Assembly (NCBI GenBank): GCA_002633005.1
Contig: NMRA01000147.1
Location: 310,001-374,000, forward strand
Length of the DNA: 64,000 nucleotides
Origin: Phoronis australis
Taxonomy: Eukaryota; Animalia; Phoronida
Reading direction: 5' to 3'
How positions within the stretch are numbered: position 1 is the stretch's first letter; each line of letters begins with the position of its first letter. A program made the position numbers and the translations under genes. The notes beneath the pieces are model-generated. The model ran no database searches and was not told the origin of the DNA. It saw only the letters and a list, made by a program, of their open reading frames with translations. This document shows, one piece after another, positions 14,817-28,604 of the stretch.

Positions 14817-15132
14817 CAGTGGCGGATCTAGGATACCACAGGGGGGGGCCAACATATGTTGCCTCGTGGAATTGGGCAAAGTGCAATTGTATGTGCACAG
14901 GCGGTCCGAAAGTTGCAGGGGTCAGGGATGTAGACAGTTGGACCTTCTTTTCAGAAAATCTATCGGTGGACTAAAAAATAGGAACACGATTCCGCCCGAT
15001 CTGGGGTCTGAGCCCCCCCCCTTCCGCTACCGGTCCTAGTTACTGAACTCAATATTTCCTCACGCTCTTGCTGTTTCATTTGCTTGCGGCAGCCAAGGGG
15101 GGCCTGTCCCCCCCTCCCTAAATCCGCCTATG
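14817..15132. mobile_element. MITE with CA...TG termini and 5-bp TSD (hAT5-like), nested in the ISL2EU-like relic
   Basis: TIR CAGTGGCGGATCTAGG / CCTAAATCCGCCTATG; GAATT on both flanks. Partial relatives at ~13365-13450 (reverse), 33510-33693 and 46690-46785. Confidence 0.85.
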
Positions 15133-15799
15133 GAATTGTCCGTTTGCACCATTAAGACATTTAAATTAGACCTACCTTTTTATGAACTTGGCATTTTTTG
15201 TAGTTTCATTCCATAAAGGTAGCTTTTATTTAATTTTGAAGGTAGCATGATCACTAAGTCGTGGTATCGTTACAAAAGATTACAAGTCTGGCGTGGTAGT
15301 TGCCAAACTAGGGTATTTACAAAATAACTCAAATTCTTTTTTAAAGCTTCATAAATCTAAATATCATGTTTGAACAACTTCAAAATGAGCTCTCTCTAAC
15401 TCTGCAGATATAGTGTATACCAGAGGTACACGTCAAAAAGTAATTCAACAGTTTATTTTTAGTGACAACAGCTCGACCAAGGCTTTGAGTTCCGTAATCC
15501 AGTGCCCTTCACTGTGCCTATCGAATCTCTGAATTTTGACCGGGAGAGAAGTTCAGTTGAACACCAGCTTACGGTTTATGAATAACAAAAATGTACTTCT
15601 GATACGAAACAAAATAATGTCCATTAGGTTGAAATAAATAAGAAAAACATAAAATAAAATGTCCTTGAAAACAACAATTTCCGGGGACTACCGCTAGAGT
15701 GCTGAGATCCGGCAGATGCCGAGACAAAGGCGGCCAGACGTAGTCAACTGGGGAGTCAAAATCTGAGATAGCCCTGCACCATAGCCACCAAGCTGAAAA

Positions 15800-16026
15800 G
15801 TGGGCATTTTGTAACTAATATATTTGTGTTTATAATAGCCTTCGAGTTATCAAGCAACATCGCTAAGTTCAGCTGCTCGTGTGCAAGGCCGTACAGTTTG
15901 ATCCATAGTTTACGCTTTTCAACATCATTTTTCGGCTTAGGACATGCCAAAAAGGACGGGATATTATTCTGGAGCAGCATAACGGCTGTCGGTGCTACAC
16001 ACGTCATATCAACACCGTTTCCCCAT
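15800..16026 (-). pseudogene. THAP domain remnant (N-terminus of a transposase)
   Basis: ATG at 16026 gives MGKRC*YDVCSTDSRY; after a frameshift, PKPKNDVEKRKLWIKLYGLAHEQLN. This is the THAP C-x-C...P...W pattern with stops. Confidence 0.75.
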
Positions 16027-19000
16027 TCTTAGCGGACAATTTCTTGAGCTATAGACTAAAGTTTTACTCGACTGCTTGTGGTTTGTCGGGTAAAATGGCG
16101 GCTTGGAAACGCAAACGAAGGTGTGCCAAGAATGCTGCGTTCTGATTGGTCAATTAAGCCGTCCGTCATAATCCTGGCGATAGGTCAATTCCGAATATGC
16201 ACATGTACACAAACATGAACAGTTCAATTGGTCAATTGTTGCATACAATGACACGACTTCACATGCACGCATACTGCTGTTTGTATGCTCATCGGTTTCT
16301 CATGGGTTTCTATTAATTTTTTTCTACTTAGTGTTCAAGTGTTTCACACAAACGCATGCCTCAAATCGTTTTGTTAGAATAAATCATGTGGCGTCGGGTC
16401 AAGGCATTTTTAGTCCCATACTAAAAACTTGAGGAATACAGTGATGTAATGGCGCGCCGGAGGAGCGGCCTCCTTGACAGCTAATCGTCTTCTCGGTTTA
16501 TAAACAACTGAAAAATAGGTACTATGCAATTATAACGACGAAAAAAGTTATCATGTTGCTGCATAATATCATTTTCTAAACTTTAGACATTTCAGTGATG
16601 GTCGTCTCGACTGAGCCGGCAAAACATCCCAGACCCTAGCAGCACTCCGTGAGAATTTCAGCCATTAATAATTTTGTCTTTGCAAGGTTCATATATTTAC
16701 ATTGCTTTATGTTACGAATATTTTCCAACCTCGTTACTATTTGAAATTTCAAATTTTATTCTGAAAATTCCCCGGCTTCCATAAAGCCACCGTGCATTTG
16801 TTTACGTAGCGTTTATCACCAATATGGCGGACAGCGTGTCACGCACTGTCTGGATTGGGGGGATAGCTCATTGAAAACAATTACCTCACCAACCGTGGAC
16901 ATTCATGTAACAAAACAGTTAGTCATGTGATATTTAGTTGCATCAAACTTGCTACGTAACGTTTTATAAATTCTTTTAAGCGGATGTTTTTTTGAAATTT
17001 GAATAGAGTCGTGTTCGGTGACGAGTAAAATTAAATAGAAAACGTCAAATAGGCAGAGATTTTGAATCCGTCGATAACCTTTAAGATTGCATGAAGTCGA
17101 CTGAGTGCTGGAGGTGTCAACGAAGCTAGAGAGCAGCCGTGCAAAAAGTGAATGCGCCTCGAAGAATCCGTGGGCCGTACATGTACATGTAGGTGCCACA
17201 GCCATGCTTGTTGTCCTTCAGCCGTGTTCTGTAACGTATGTGAGTCCGAGACCCGTAGTTTTTCAGTGTGTAAGGAGTATTTTGAGAGTTCGAGCAAGAG
17301 TTTGTGTGTCAATGAACTCGGGTAGTTCGGGTAGCCCGATAAACGCGAATCATTGCGTAGCCTATGCAGGAAAAAACGCGGGGTACATGAGACCGTAAAA
17401 GGACCTCAGTAAAATAATGAAGTTTCCTGGTGAAAAGGGAGAGAAAAGCAAAGTAAGACAGATATTTCAACACAAGCAACAAATTCCCGTCCAAGATTGC
17501 AAACGGTACAGTACGGGATTACCTTGGACATTTAAAAATCTACCATCAGGGTATCTTTTAAATATTGGGCCTGCATGATCATCATTTTAGATTATTTTGA
17601 AATCGACAATAGACGTTCGACAAACATGGGGCAGACAGTATGCCGGCAATTTGTGGAAGGCTGTCTTTGCATTCCCGAGTTCAATCTGACTGGAATTAAT
17701 TAGTGGTCACACGATTTCGACAGTGTGCAAAAACACAGACAACTATTCAGGTCTATCGAACATGGCATGACTCTGGAGCTTCATGAACGTTTTAACAAAT
17801 TCTCTTCTTTTACAAGGAATCCTGCAGTATACATTTTAGTGCTAATAGGCTACTTTTGATATTATGTGAGCAGCGGAATGCGTGTTTCGTGGAGTTATTA
17901 ACAATTATTACCATGGTTGCCTAGTGTGCGAAGCGTATGCTTTTCAGACCTCCTACCTCAGGGTATTTCCCTGTCTTGCTAACTCAGTAAGTGGCAGATA
18001 ATGTGCTGCTTAAGATGCCCAATTTTTTTACGACGGTTTGAAACCGCAAGCCCGTAATAGACGTACTAGACTGACGTGACCACGCCGGGAAGCCCGCTTG
18101 AAATATTACAGTTGTGATTATAATATCCACCATGTGGACGTAAACAATTGGAATAATTGACCTAAAAACGTGACAAATTACGCGCGTCAACAGGCGTAGT
18201 AAGATATCATAGGACATGAAAGGAGTTCTTCTTCCTTTAAACCACGCATCATCTATAACACAAATTGCATTAAAGCGGCCATGAACCTGGCTTCCGTCAC
18301 GAAAACTATCTTTTGATTTAGATAACTAGCCATTATGAAATTAGTCTCAAATTGTTACTAAGTCAGCTAAGAGATGATCAATTGGCTGGGAAAAAATGAG
18401 TTGGATGTTGCTTGAGACCAGGTTCTACAAGATGGCGTGTCACTTAATGGGCTGGGCATCTTTCCAGATACCATGTCTCACGTTTGTTAAGGGCAAGTTG
18501 AGACCAGTTTTGGAGAGGTAAGTGGTCTAAGTCAGGAAAAGTTGACTTCCACGCGTTTTTAGCCGCTTGAAGTCTTCGCACTGAATCGGGTTTTGAAGGT
18601 CTGAAAATGATCACTAAGATGGACGCGACGCTTGTCCGCTGTAGCGTGGGGAAAGCAATATCGGAAGTTGCAGGTAAAGCTAAATGCAAGATTAATATTT
18701 CATACAACAGCTTGATTCATCTAATTTTCGCGTTAATGTCATAGAAGTTCAGAGAAAAGGCTATTTCTCTAGTCGTGATACTCCCAACAGATGTTGACCG
18801 TCAGTGACACTAGAGTTTGACTGTTGAAAGCACTTATCCATCCCCACGTTCTGTCCAGATGGTCATCGTCGCAATCAAGCAGTTCGCCTTTTTCAAAGCA
18901 GCTGTAAGTCCTCCTTGCGTCGAAAAAACAGCATTTGATTTAGACCAGTTACAGTCGTGAAATTAAAAAAAACAACTGCTCTTTGCTTAATTTAAAGCTT

Positions 19001-22000
19001 GTTTCTGGGCTTGAAACGAACTGACACTTGTTAACTTGTAACGGCGGGTCATTCTACGTGAAAGCATTAACGAGCTCAGTGCCGAGGTCTTTCCAAATCC
19101 AGAACCACTTTCGCTCGTTACCTGAAGTATCCAATTGCTATGTTCAAAGGAACCAAAATACAAGCCTGTTGCTAACGCACACTGAATACGGAAATAACTT
19201 GTTCCACACAAATTTGTCTTGTTCCTCACGATATTTTATCTAAAGCGCCTCTGCCTAAAAATTGTGTCGTGACTTGGAAACCGACGTCAATAGTAAACTA
19301 ACCAAATTTAGCCATATTCAGCACACCTACTGCCTTGAACGAGCCCTTTAGAAATGGGTATATTCTTCGAGGGTTTCAATAGAAGGAAGTGGAAACAAAC
19401 AACGGACAGTTTTCGGTCCCGGTTTTTTTAATGACAAATTTCTTTAATTTAGGATTGCTAATTCTTGTGAAAAGAACAAATAATGATTATTTGATAATCC
19501 AGGTATGCTCGGTCGCACCTGTGAAGGCAGAACATTTCATATTTCTTTGAAAACCAAAGTCCGAAAAAAACGTCGAGTAAAGCCAGCAAACATAGGTAAC
19601 ACTGGTTTCAAACTGACCGTCATAGTTAAATAGCTACCGAGTTTCAGGAATAATTCAGCTCCACATGAACAATTGACTGAGAGCATTTGAACTTATCCAA
19701 TTGTCGTTTTGCTGTCGATCGTAAGCATGTCTCATACAGATATATTGCTGTTTGCATACCGTTTGAGACTAATGCAGGAAATACGTTACGCAAATGCGGG
19801 TACAAGTTGTTTGATTGTTTATGTTTTTGACGTATTATATTGGGAAACTGCAACTTATAATTAACAAAACACTTTCGTTTGTGGGACGTGAGCTTTATGT
19901 GCATTTTTGTTAAAAAACAATCACGTATTACGAAATTTGAACGTTGCAAACGACCAACATTGCAAGTTTGTGTTAGCTTTGCAATTTTCTTAAAATATTA
20001 TCATGATATTCTTATTCACCTTGAATCGATGCTTCACAAAAGCCAAAGGACACTATCGCTTATAACTGTTTCCAGTTTCTAGCAAGCACGTAGTCGACCT
20101 AAAATGAAAGTTTTAAGTGGCGACTTTATGTATAAATAGTCGTGTGTATCTTGCAAAGCACTTAAAACCAAACACAAGCAACTTAACCATAGCTAATTAA
20201 TGTAATTAATGTACTCACGTTTTTGAAAAAGTTGGTGCTCCTTTTGAATTTTCACATAAGACCAACATCGCCTGCAAAAAGCTTATAACTTTCCCGTCTG
20301 ATCACCTCAATGCAAACTGAGCACCAACGACTCCCAAAAGCGCAAAAAACAAACAACCAAGCGCGGGCATCCAATCAGCAATGGACTATATAAGAGCATT
20401 GTTAAACTACAATGCACCATTTGCAACCTTTCCTGTGATTGGCTCATGATTGCCAACGTCATCGTCGATCGCCAACAGGCGGAAGAATTACGGAGTGTAA
20501 TTACGGCAGTGAAGTACAGCAATTTATTTCCTCAAAACGCCTTCATGATTTAAATCTTGTCTGAAGCATTGGATTAATAATTTATCGTAGCGAATCGTAA
20601 AGACATCGACACCCCTGTGTGAAAGTCAATAGTTAATAAGTCCCTAGCTACATCGCGTAACAATTTAACAATGTACAGAAATTAGGTATTGAGCCCACGT
20701 GCCAGCAACGCGTTACCTGATTGCTTAGTAATTCAGTAGTGACAGCTTATAGACTTCAAACGCCTGTTTCCATGAATAGACTGTCAGGCGGTATTGGTAT
20801 AATTACCGAAGTGGCAATTCAGAACAGGTTCGGAGTGCGCGAATGCCTTCAAGAACCCTTGAGTCCTGTATACTGCTAAGTCAGGCTGCTAGAAGTACGG
20901 AGTACACAAATTGATTGGTTGGCATTTTAACAGTGCCGATACATAAATGAGTAATGACGAGTTTTAAAGAGAACATGCGCAGGCATACACTGTCACGACT
21001 GTTAGCAACTAATTACCGTTTTGTGTTCTTGTACTGTCACATGCGACAAGTACGAAGGTGCTCACGTTGCTTTTAGTACACTAAATGAATGATGCAAACG
21101 TCCACGAGATACACTGAAGAGAACAAGAAACTCACTTACACGACCACTTCACACGACACCGGTCAAATTACATGTAGCCATATTTCTACTTTCATCATCC
21201 ACTGCGTAAGTCGAGACACGAATGAATATAGATATATCACATCGAACACTATAATCTGCACGTACAGTAGTTCTTAGCCTCAGTTTCGCTAGAGTGCCCA
21301 GTCAATGACATTCCTAAGTCAGTGGGCGATGATCTGTAGGAACTTAGTTTGCAGGTTTTGTGAATACTTTGTCCTAGGAATTTCATGTTGGCGTTTTCCG
21401 TCCATCTCAGTCATAGGTGTTTTTTAATGAAAAAGGCCTCTGTGTTTGAAGTTGCTCATTTTTGTGTACTTGCCAATGAATCTGGTCAAAAATTACAAAA
21501 CGTTTTTGGAGTTCGTGACTGTACAGTACGTCATTACTGCTAAAAATTGGCTCTGGCATTTTAAAAGACGCCTCTAAGCATTGTTGGTCACATCAAACAG
21601 GTTAGACAAACTAGCTGTAAAGACCATCGCAACCTTGTGGAAGAATGTAAAACTACTTTAAAATTGCAGATAACTGGACCGATTTGACGTTGATAGTAAA
21701 CAAGTGACGAATTCAGGTTCTCAAGGTGTTTCAACTGAAAGATTGTGAGAAAGGTGATGATATTCGGTTAGTAAAAAGTATGATACAGCATAAATTATGA
21801 AGTAAATGGTAGGAAAAGATAAGACGGAAGCGAACCTCTTTCTGGATTAGGGCGTCAATTTTTGCTAGACGCACTCACTTCATTCCACAATCAACACACA
21901 CCACATGGCCATAAAAACATGCACAGTTCAGCAAAGAATAAAGAACGTCAATCTCAGCCCCACTTGTTCACCAACATCCTATGACCCTTCTCCTCGTCAA

Positions 22001-22065
22001 GTAAAATGCATGTGATTTGCAATGAAATTATTTCGGTGACCTCCAAGAAAGCATAAGTAGTTCAA

Positions 22066-22360
22066 AACACACAGTGTTGTGTTATTCCATGTTCACCGAG
22101 ACACAACACAGTAGTGACCAACACTTATCCGATTATTGGAACACACAAAGTTATGTTGTCCCATGTTCACCGAGACACAGCGCATGAGTGACCAACACTT
22201 ATCAGATTATTGGAACACACAAAGTTGTGTTATTCCATGTTCACCGAGACACAGCACATGAGTGACCAACACTTATCAGATTATTGGAACACACAAAGTT
22301 GTGTTATTCCATGTTCACCGAGACATAACACAGGAGTGACAAACACTTATCAGATTATTG
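22066..22360. repeat. Minisatellite, 74-bp unit x4
   Basis: Unit AACACACAAAGTTGTGTTATTCCATGTTCACCGAGACACAGCACATGAGTGACCAACACTTATCAGATTATTGG starts at 22066, 22140, 22214 and 22288, with a few substitutions. Confidence 0.97.
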
Positions 22361-23543
22361 AATTTTTCATTTGAACCCATAAATTATTCACTTTTGTCAA
22401 CTGCAGCGTTCTATTACTTCAATAGTATATCAAGATATAATAAAGTTATTTGGAAATTTTCTTTTTGTAATGTCAATGAAGTATTGACACCTTTCAATGG
22501 TGTTGTTCATGGCCGAAATGTGTTTTCAGTGATATTTTGTTAAAAAGTTGTTTTGGAAACGAATTATTTTAGACGTGTCTTTAGTGGGTAAAATGTAGAT
22601 GTTCGTCAACAAAACTCTGTGGTTTGATAAAGGCTAATGCAGTTCCATTTAAACGCGTTGGTCTCAAACATTTTGTACCAAAATGTATTACGTTTAGTCG
22701 GACACCACTGATACACTGTAAATTACAATTATATCTGCTGAATTGGTTGGAACAGTTGCAGAAAACGCAACAAACGTCAGTCATGGAGTTGCGTCCTTTC
22801 AGCCAGGACATTACGTTTCAGATTTTATTTATAAATGTTATTTAAGTATACTCAGTCCAAAATTAATGTTTCTACGGTTGGCAGCGAGATAAACATACTC
22901 TTTGGGCTTCATATTCGTAAAGTCAAGAAAAAAGGGCATTTAGTACAAATCAACGTGTTCTCAAAAGATGTTACCTCAACACGACATTTTTTCAAAATAG
23001 ACTTACAGAACATACATGTAGTATTTAAGTTTTCGTAATTCCAGGCTACACCTACAGTAACTGATTAAATCCTTTGCAATTTAATTATTTTTCCAGATCT
23101 CGGGAAAACTACGAAAAATACTATGACGCATGCAAGCACATTTTTATCGTACACACTTTCGTAATTGGATTTAAGATCGACAACTTTAGCAACTAGGCCT
23201 AAACCGTTTTAACGGTAATTTGAGTCCATCAGTCAAAGATTTATTGCTCTGGTAACCGCCATAGGTGTACAAGGTGCATCTACAATGGGTACCAGAAATG
23301 GATGTCTCAGGGAATGATAATGCAGTTGTTTAAAACGCCCTCTCATGCTCAACATATATAACAGTTTTTAATATTATCATCCAAATAAACTTCGTGCAAA
23401 TTTAAATCGTGGGAACATTTTAGTGAAATAATGAATTAGAAATACTTCATTTAGACACAAAAAAATAAATTGCCTGGTGAAAGTACTCGCGAAATGTTCT
23501 CCTCAGTACAGAGTACCTCGTGATCCCGACATGCGTGTTGTGG

Positions 23544-23772
23544 CATGCGCGCACCCATCCTAAAATGTAGGGGGGGCTCGAATTTTTCCGCATGCGGACC
23601 TTTTACTGAAAGAAATCAACGAGGACTAAAAAAATACGTGGCCACTAGGTTCACCGTGGACTCTGTGGACTTTTGTCTCGTTTGCTCGTACTGAGGCGGT
23701 CCTTTTACACAATTCGCCAAACTGGGGGTTCGCTCGAGCCCCCCGATCCCCCCCTATCTGGGTGCGCCCATG
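23544..23772. mobile_element. MITE with CATG termini and 5-bp TSD (hAT5-like)
   Basis: TIR CATGCGCGCACCCA / TGGGTGCGCCCATG; TGTGG on both flanks. Internal sequence recurs reversed at ~52150-52340 and partly at ~13570-13665. Confidence 0.85.
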
Positions 23773-25359
23773 TGTGGGGGTGATTTTCTGTTCTAGCGAG
23801 GGGCATCCATCATGCTAGACCAGTGTAGCGATCCGTATACCAAGTTTCTTGCTAGAAAAGAAAGATCTTGCAAAATTAAGTGAGTGAAAGGCGAGTGTTA
23901 CCGTCGGGGCCTTACTAGCTTTTCTTAGCAAAGCGGGGGGGGGGGGNTTATGGGGTTGCATTAAAAATATGTGGCTTCGAATTAGCTATATTTCTTCTAT
24001 GAACAGACTTTTCGCCGCAAATGCAAGCCAATGTCTTGTGTCTACGGAGCTTAGACGCTGCCAAGAATCTGAAGAAAAAGAAAGACCTCTCAAGACCGCG
24101 CAAAATCACGCGAATGAAGGGCAAGTGTCTTGCGGTGTGCTCCTGAGCTGACAAACGTCGCCTTTCTTTAAGGGGCATTATGAACATCAAACTTTCGAAA
24201 CGTACTTCATTTAATCAATTAAATTCAGTTCGTTTTCGATTCAGTTAATTTTGTGAAAAAGTACCAAAAAATATTGTGCAAATAAAAGAGCATAATGGCA
24301 AACATGTATGAACGGCTCTTTCTATCACCGAGAAAAGACTTGTTAAAGCTTCAGCTTCGTGTTAAGCTGACCAAGAATGGAAATCGAACAAGACCTTTTT
24401 ACTACAAGACACTGGTAAAACAGAATGGATTGGTTCTTTTCGTGTTGAGTTCTCGGGTCCTTTTATCAGACCAGTAGGAATTTGCTTGTTTCACAATACT
24501 TATCAACTTGCCTTTCCTGTGATATCAAATTAATTTGAAACCAATGGACAATCAAAACTCAATAAATTGACTACTGCTTGGATTCGGGATAAAGCGAACT
24601 CGACGATTTAACTCTAGTGCACTTCGTATAGGTTACATGTACGTGTAAATAATTATATAACGGAAGTGAGCCCGTGTGAGAACAAGAAATCATGGTACAT
24701 ATACCAATTATGCCAAATGTAGTTACGTTCACTCTGAGCAAATTAAGATACAGTATAGGATGACATTTTATACACTGCACTAAAACACTAGTGTGTTCAG
24801 TAAGCGAAGAATAAATGGGGGCAGCATGGCGTCCGATGGTTAACTCATAAACGACATTAATAGAGAAGCCGCAGCGAAAACTCAAACTAGAAGGACTTAT
24901 TATGTGACGCGTGGCGTGGATGGGAAGGGGGGTGGGGGGCAGAGTGCACATCCGAGTTCAGTCACGCTTCTAATTCTACTGGGAAAGTAGCAAAAGCTAC
25001 GATGAACAGAAGTTTGTGGCGATTGCCGAAAAGTAACTTACACCATTAAAGATCAAAACAACAGACGTTAATTAAGGTAAACACGTGACAACTGTAACGA
25101 AAATTAGCGTTTTACGCGTTAACGAGCGCACTTTTTTGTCCAACACATAGCTGTTTCCGTTTCACAGAGGTACATTGTGTTGCTGTTTCCTATATATTAC
25201 AGAAAAAGACATGATCTGTGTTCATGTAAATTTTGCTTACGTTGTGTTTGTTTATCATATTCGCCAATCCATCTGTTGCGATGATCCATCTATTTATCGA
25301 GGCTGTTTTCCTACCTATCTCTACAAGCTTCTCTACCCCTATCCGTCGATCTTTCCAAC

Positions 25360-25710
25360 TCCCTTCGTCTCGGCCTCGCTCCCTGCCTTGCCCCTTCCCT
25401 CCTGCACTTGCTCGCTCATTGCCTCCCTCCGTCAACCCTTCCTAGCTCCCTCCCTCGCCCCTCCCTCCCTCACTTGCTCGGTCATTGCTTCCTCCATCAA
25501 CCTTCCTAGCTCCCTCCCTCGCCCCTCCCTCCCTCACTTGCTCGCTCATTATCTCCCATTCACCCTCTTGCCTTCCCTCTTTCTCCCCTCTCCCTCTCTT
25601 TGCCTCTCTATTCTCCTTCCCTCCTCTCACCTCACCAATTCCCTCGACCCTCTTCCATATTCCTACCCCTATATTCGCCCCTCCACCGGCTCTTTCTCCA
25701 CCCTTTCTCT
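25360..25710. repeat. Polypyrimidine low-complexity tract with an internal ~65-bp duplication
   Basis: C/T-rich; CCTTCCTAGCTCCCTCCCTCGCCCCTCCCTCCCTCACTTGCTCG occurs at ~25437 and ~25501. Confidence 0.9.
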
Positions 25711-27627
25711 GTTAGAGTTTCAAGTGATCGGTGTGCATGCTAGTCTACTGTTTCTACACGTACTTAAACTTTGATGCTAAAAGAAAAACAATATCAGGTA
25801 AAATGTAAACGAATGGAATGACACACGTCTAAATTACTACAAGAATTACGAAGAGTGTAATTCAGATTCACCCGGTAAGAGGCCAGATGAGTTGCCAAAC
25901 ATCCTTTGAACTACTTGGCTGTGGTGAATACAAACATATGATGGCATCGGCTATACCGACCAATGCAAGTCGCTTGCACCTGCCTACATGTAGGTTGTTA
26001 CGATTACCACTGGTCATGCGATCACATTGACACAACCGCAGACTATTGCTTGCACTCTTACTTGTCTCGGATAGGCATTCCCGCAGTTCTGGAGGAAGAA
26101 AAATGCGTTGTTACATTGGCCTCGTTTTAGAGGTGTCTGGGAGATTCCAGCAATCATGTGGGAAAATATCACATCCACGTATACTTCTGAAGTTCACCCA
26201 ACTTTCTGAGCTGCAATCCACATCACAGCATGAAGTAAAGTGTCGCTGACTTTAGAAGGTCGAATATAATTAATGCAGCCGAGAAAAAATGAAGAAAATT
26301 AAAGCACCAACAAATAACACTCCACTGGCTCGAAAACGAGGCCAGAGAGCTACTTGACGGTTGTTGCATCATTGTGGCTAAATACAGCGAGATTCAAGTG
26401 TCGTGTAATCCTGGACCATCCTATTGAGTGTGACGCATAAAATATTAAAATGTTGATAGCGAATTATAGATGGTTCTACAGTAGAACAAAGGTGAGATGT
26501 TAAATTTAATGAAGAATATGTTATCCAGATAATATGTTAAATCGATTTCTGGGCAGTAATATCATATTTTTTATTTATCTAAAGCAATGCAATAAAACGA
26601 AAATAAATAATTTGAAATTGTAAGGCGGATCTGGCTGTAAATTCTCACGATAAAACAATGACTAGTTACCACAAGAGAGTGACTACAGGTGTCAACATAG
26701 AACAAAAGAATCGTTTTCCAGAATTGATCTCGACAGTAAAACGGTGATCACAGAGACCATACCTCTTTCTTGCGTTTAATTCTATATGTTTGATCAGCTG
26801 GTATGTAATATTTCGGGACATGATAAATCAATATTGTTTCATCCTACGCCTTTGAGCTTCCTAAAATGTCATTGGCCGCGATCAAATCAAACCAACCGTA
26901 ATTTTAATTAGAATGCAGTGACAAAGTCAAATATCTTAAAGCACCCCACCCTCACAATTTGTTCTGTCAGAAACACATTTTGCGCTGAAAATGTGGCAGC
27001 CAAACGCTACTGATGACGAACTAAATGCCACGCGTAAGGAAATAGAGTAATTTGAGCGTATATAACGGATACAGTTCCCTTGACTATAGCGAATATCTGG
27101 AAAATATCGGCGAGGATTGGCGAGTTGTAATAAAATAGAAAAACAGATCTGGTTTTATGAGTCCGTTCAAAGTCAATAACTACAAAAGTCTCCTACTGAA
27201 TAATAATCACAAAAATGCACATTTTGGCCATAAAAACGATACTGTCACTTTAACAACACTGGTACAGAAAGTTAAGGCGAAGAAAAGAATTGACGGTAAA
27301 TTGACATGGACGATCCCTGCACAACTACAACGTGATTAGCACAACATACGTATACATGTATAATACATTTCGGCGATGACTTGGATGAACTTCACGTGTT
27401 TTAAATTATTTCTTCGAAAATAAACGTTTTTAGAAAGGCGTTCTTTACCCGGACGAACAAACCCATCAATAAGACTTGGGTCACAAGGGATATTTGCAAT
27501 AAGTAAATATTCACTGTGTCAAATACAATCAATTTTTCTTACCTCCAGTACACCTGCCCCTCTGGACTGTTCATCCCGGTCGCCATATACTGTATTTCTG
27601 ACGTAATGAGAATATCGCAACTATCTG

Positions 27628-27778
27628 ACGTTCGTTCAGTAGACGCTAGGACCTACGTTAGGACCTAGCTAAAACTTAGTCAAAGTCACGTGCTCTCATT
27701 TAAAATGCACGGCAATATCTCACGTAATCTTGCGAAGTCTTGCTTTTTAGCGAGGTCCAAGCGTTACTGAACGGGAAG
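27628..27778 (+). mobile_element. ~150-bp Harbinger-type MITE (copy 1)
   Basis: Subterminal inverted repeat CGTTCAGTA(G)ACGCTAGGACCT / AGGTCCAAGCGTTACTGAACG; flanks CTG / CAG; reverse-complement copy at 57871-58021. Confidence 0.8.
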
Positions 27779-28604
27779 CAGGTTAGAAGAAGCGGAAACT
27801 TCCTTTTCTATTTTTCACTGGCTACGCTTGATGGACTTCGTCGGTTTAGCCGGGTCAGGCGTCTAAGACATCTGGTTGGCCTATAAGTCGCCACTGAGAA
27901 CCAATCAGGGGTCTTAACCGGTTGAACAGGAGGAACCGGAAAAGTCAATCATATGTAGAGACTGCTTTCGTTGTGCACTTTTGTTAATATCACGCAGTAC
28001 TTAGACCACCGTTCACAAGGGCCATTCGGATTATTGTTTTTTCTCTAATAGATCGCCAATGTTTGAATGCGTGTTCGCCACGGAATAGCTTAAAAAATCT
28101 GTTACAGACCTTTACCAAACTTGCAGAAGATAAAGAAGATTATAACTTGCCGATCGCTATATGCATTGCATTCAATATTATATAGTCGTGGCGCCAACTT
28201 TAACCTTTTGACGCTTGCTCCTTGATAAGCGGGAACTCACAATCCAAATAAGGGTATCTATATGAGATATTCCGGATTCTGATTGGACAGATCATAACAA
28301 CGACATTCAATCGCCACACGGAACCTCCTGCCCATATTTTACCAAGAGCGTAAGTTCTCTGGTTGCTAATAGACAAAGGTATTTTAGTCTTTGAATTAAA
28401 TATTATTGTAGATTAAGCTCCAAACGACAAGTTCGAATTTCACGGAACATTTTACTTCAAAGCAGCGTTTGATGACATGATTAAACAAAGCTAAGGGTCT
28501 CGTTTGTTAATGCTAGTACATGTACATGTATATTAAACAATTCTAGCCACCTTTTCTGTCCAAACCACAGCGGTACAAAGTCGTCTCGAATCTATTATTG
28601 ATAG

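Larger units (their letters stand above)
14130..16187. mobile_element. Internally deleted ISL2EU-like (PIF/Harbinger-related) DNA transposon
   Basis: 11-bp TIR TGACCTATCGC (14130-14140) / GCGATAGGTCA (16177-16187) enclosing convergent SWIM-like (+) and THAP (-) pseudo-ORFs, one near each end. Confidence 0.7.

Noticed and set aside
22066-22360. CRISPR-like array
   Set aside because: Units are contiguous 74-bp repeats with no unique spacers, there are no cas genes, and the context is eukaryotic.
25175-25774. 199-aa Pro/Ser/Leu-rich ORF
   Set aside because: Product of the polypyrimidine low-complexity tract.
27544-27596. Short minus-strand segment ending in a strong AG|GTAAGA donor
   Set aside because: No homology and no partner exon can be supported.
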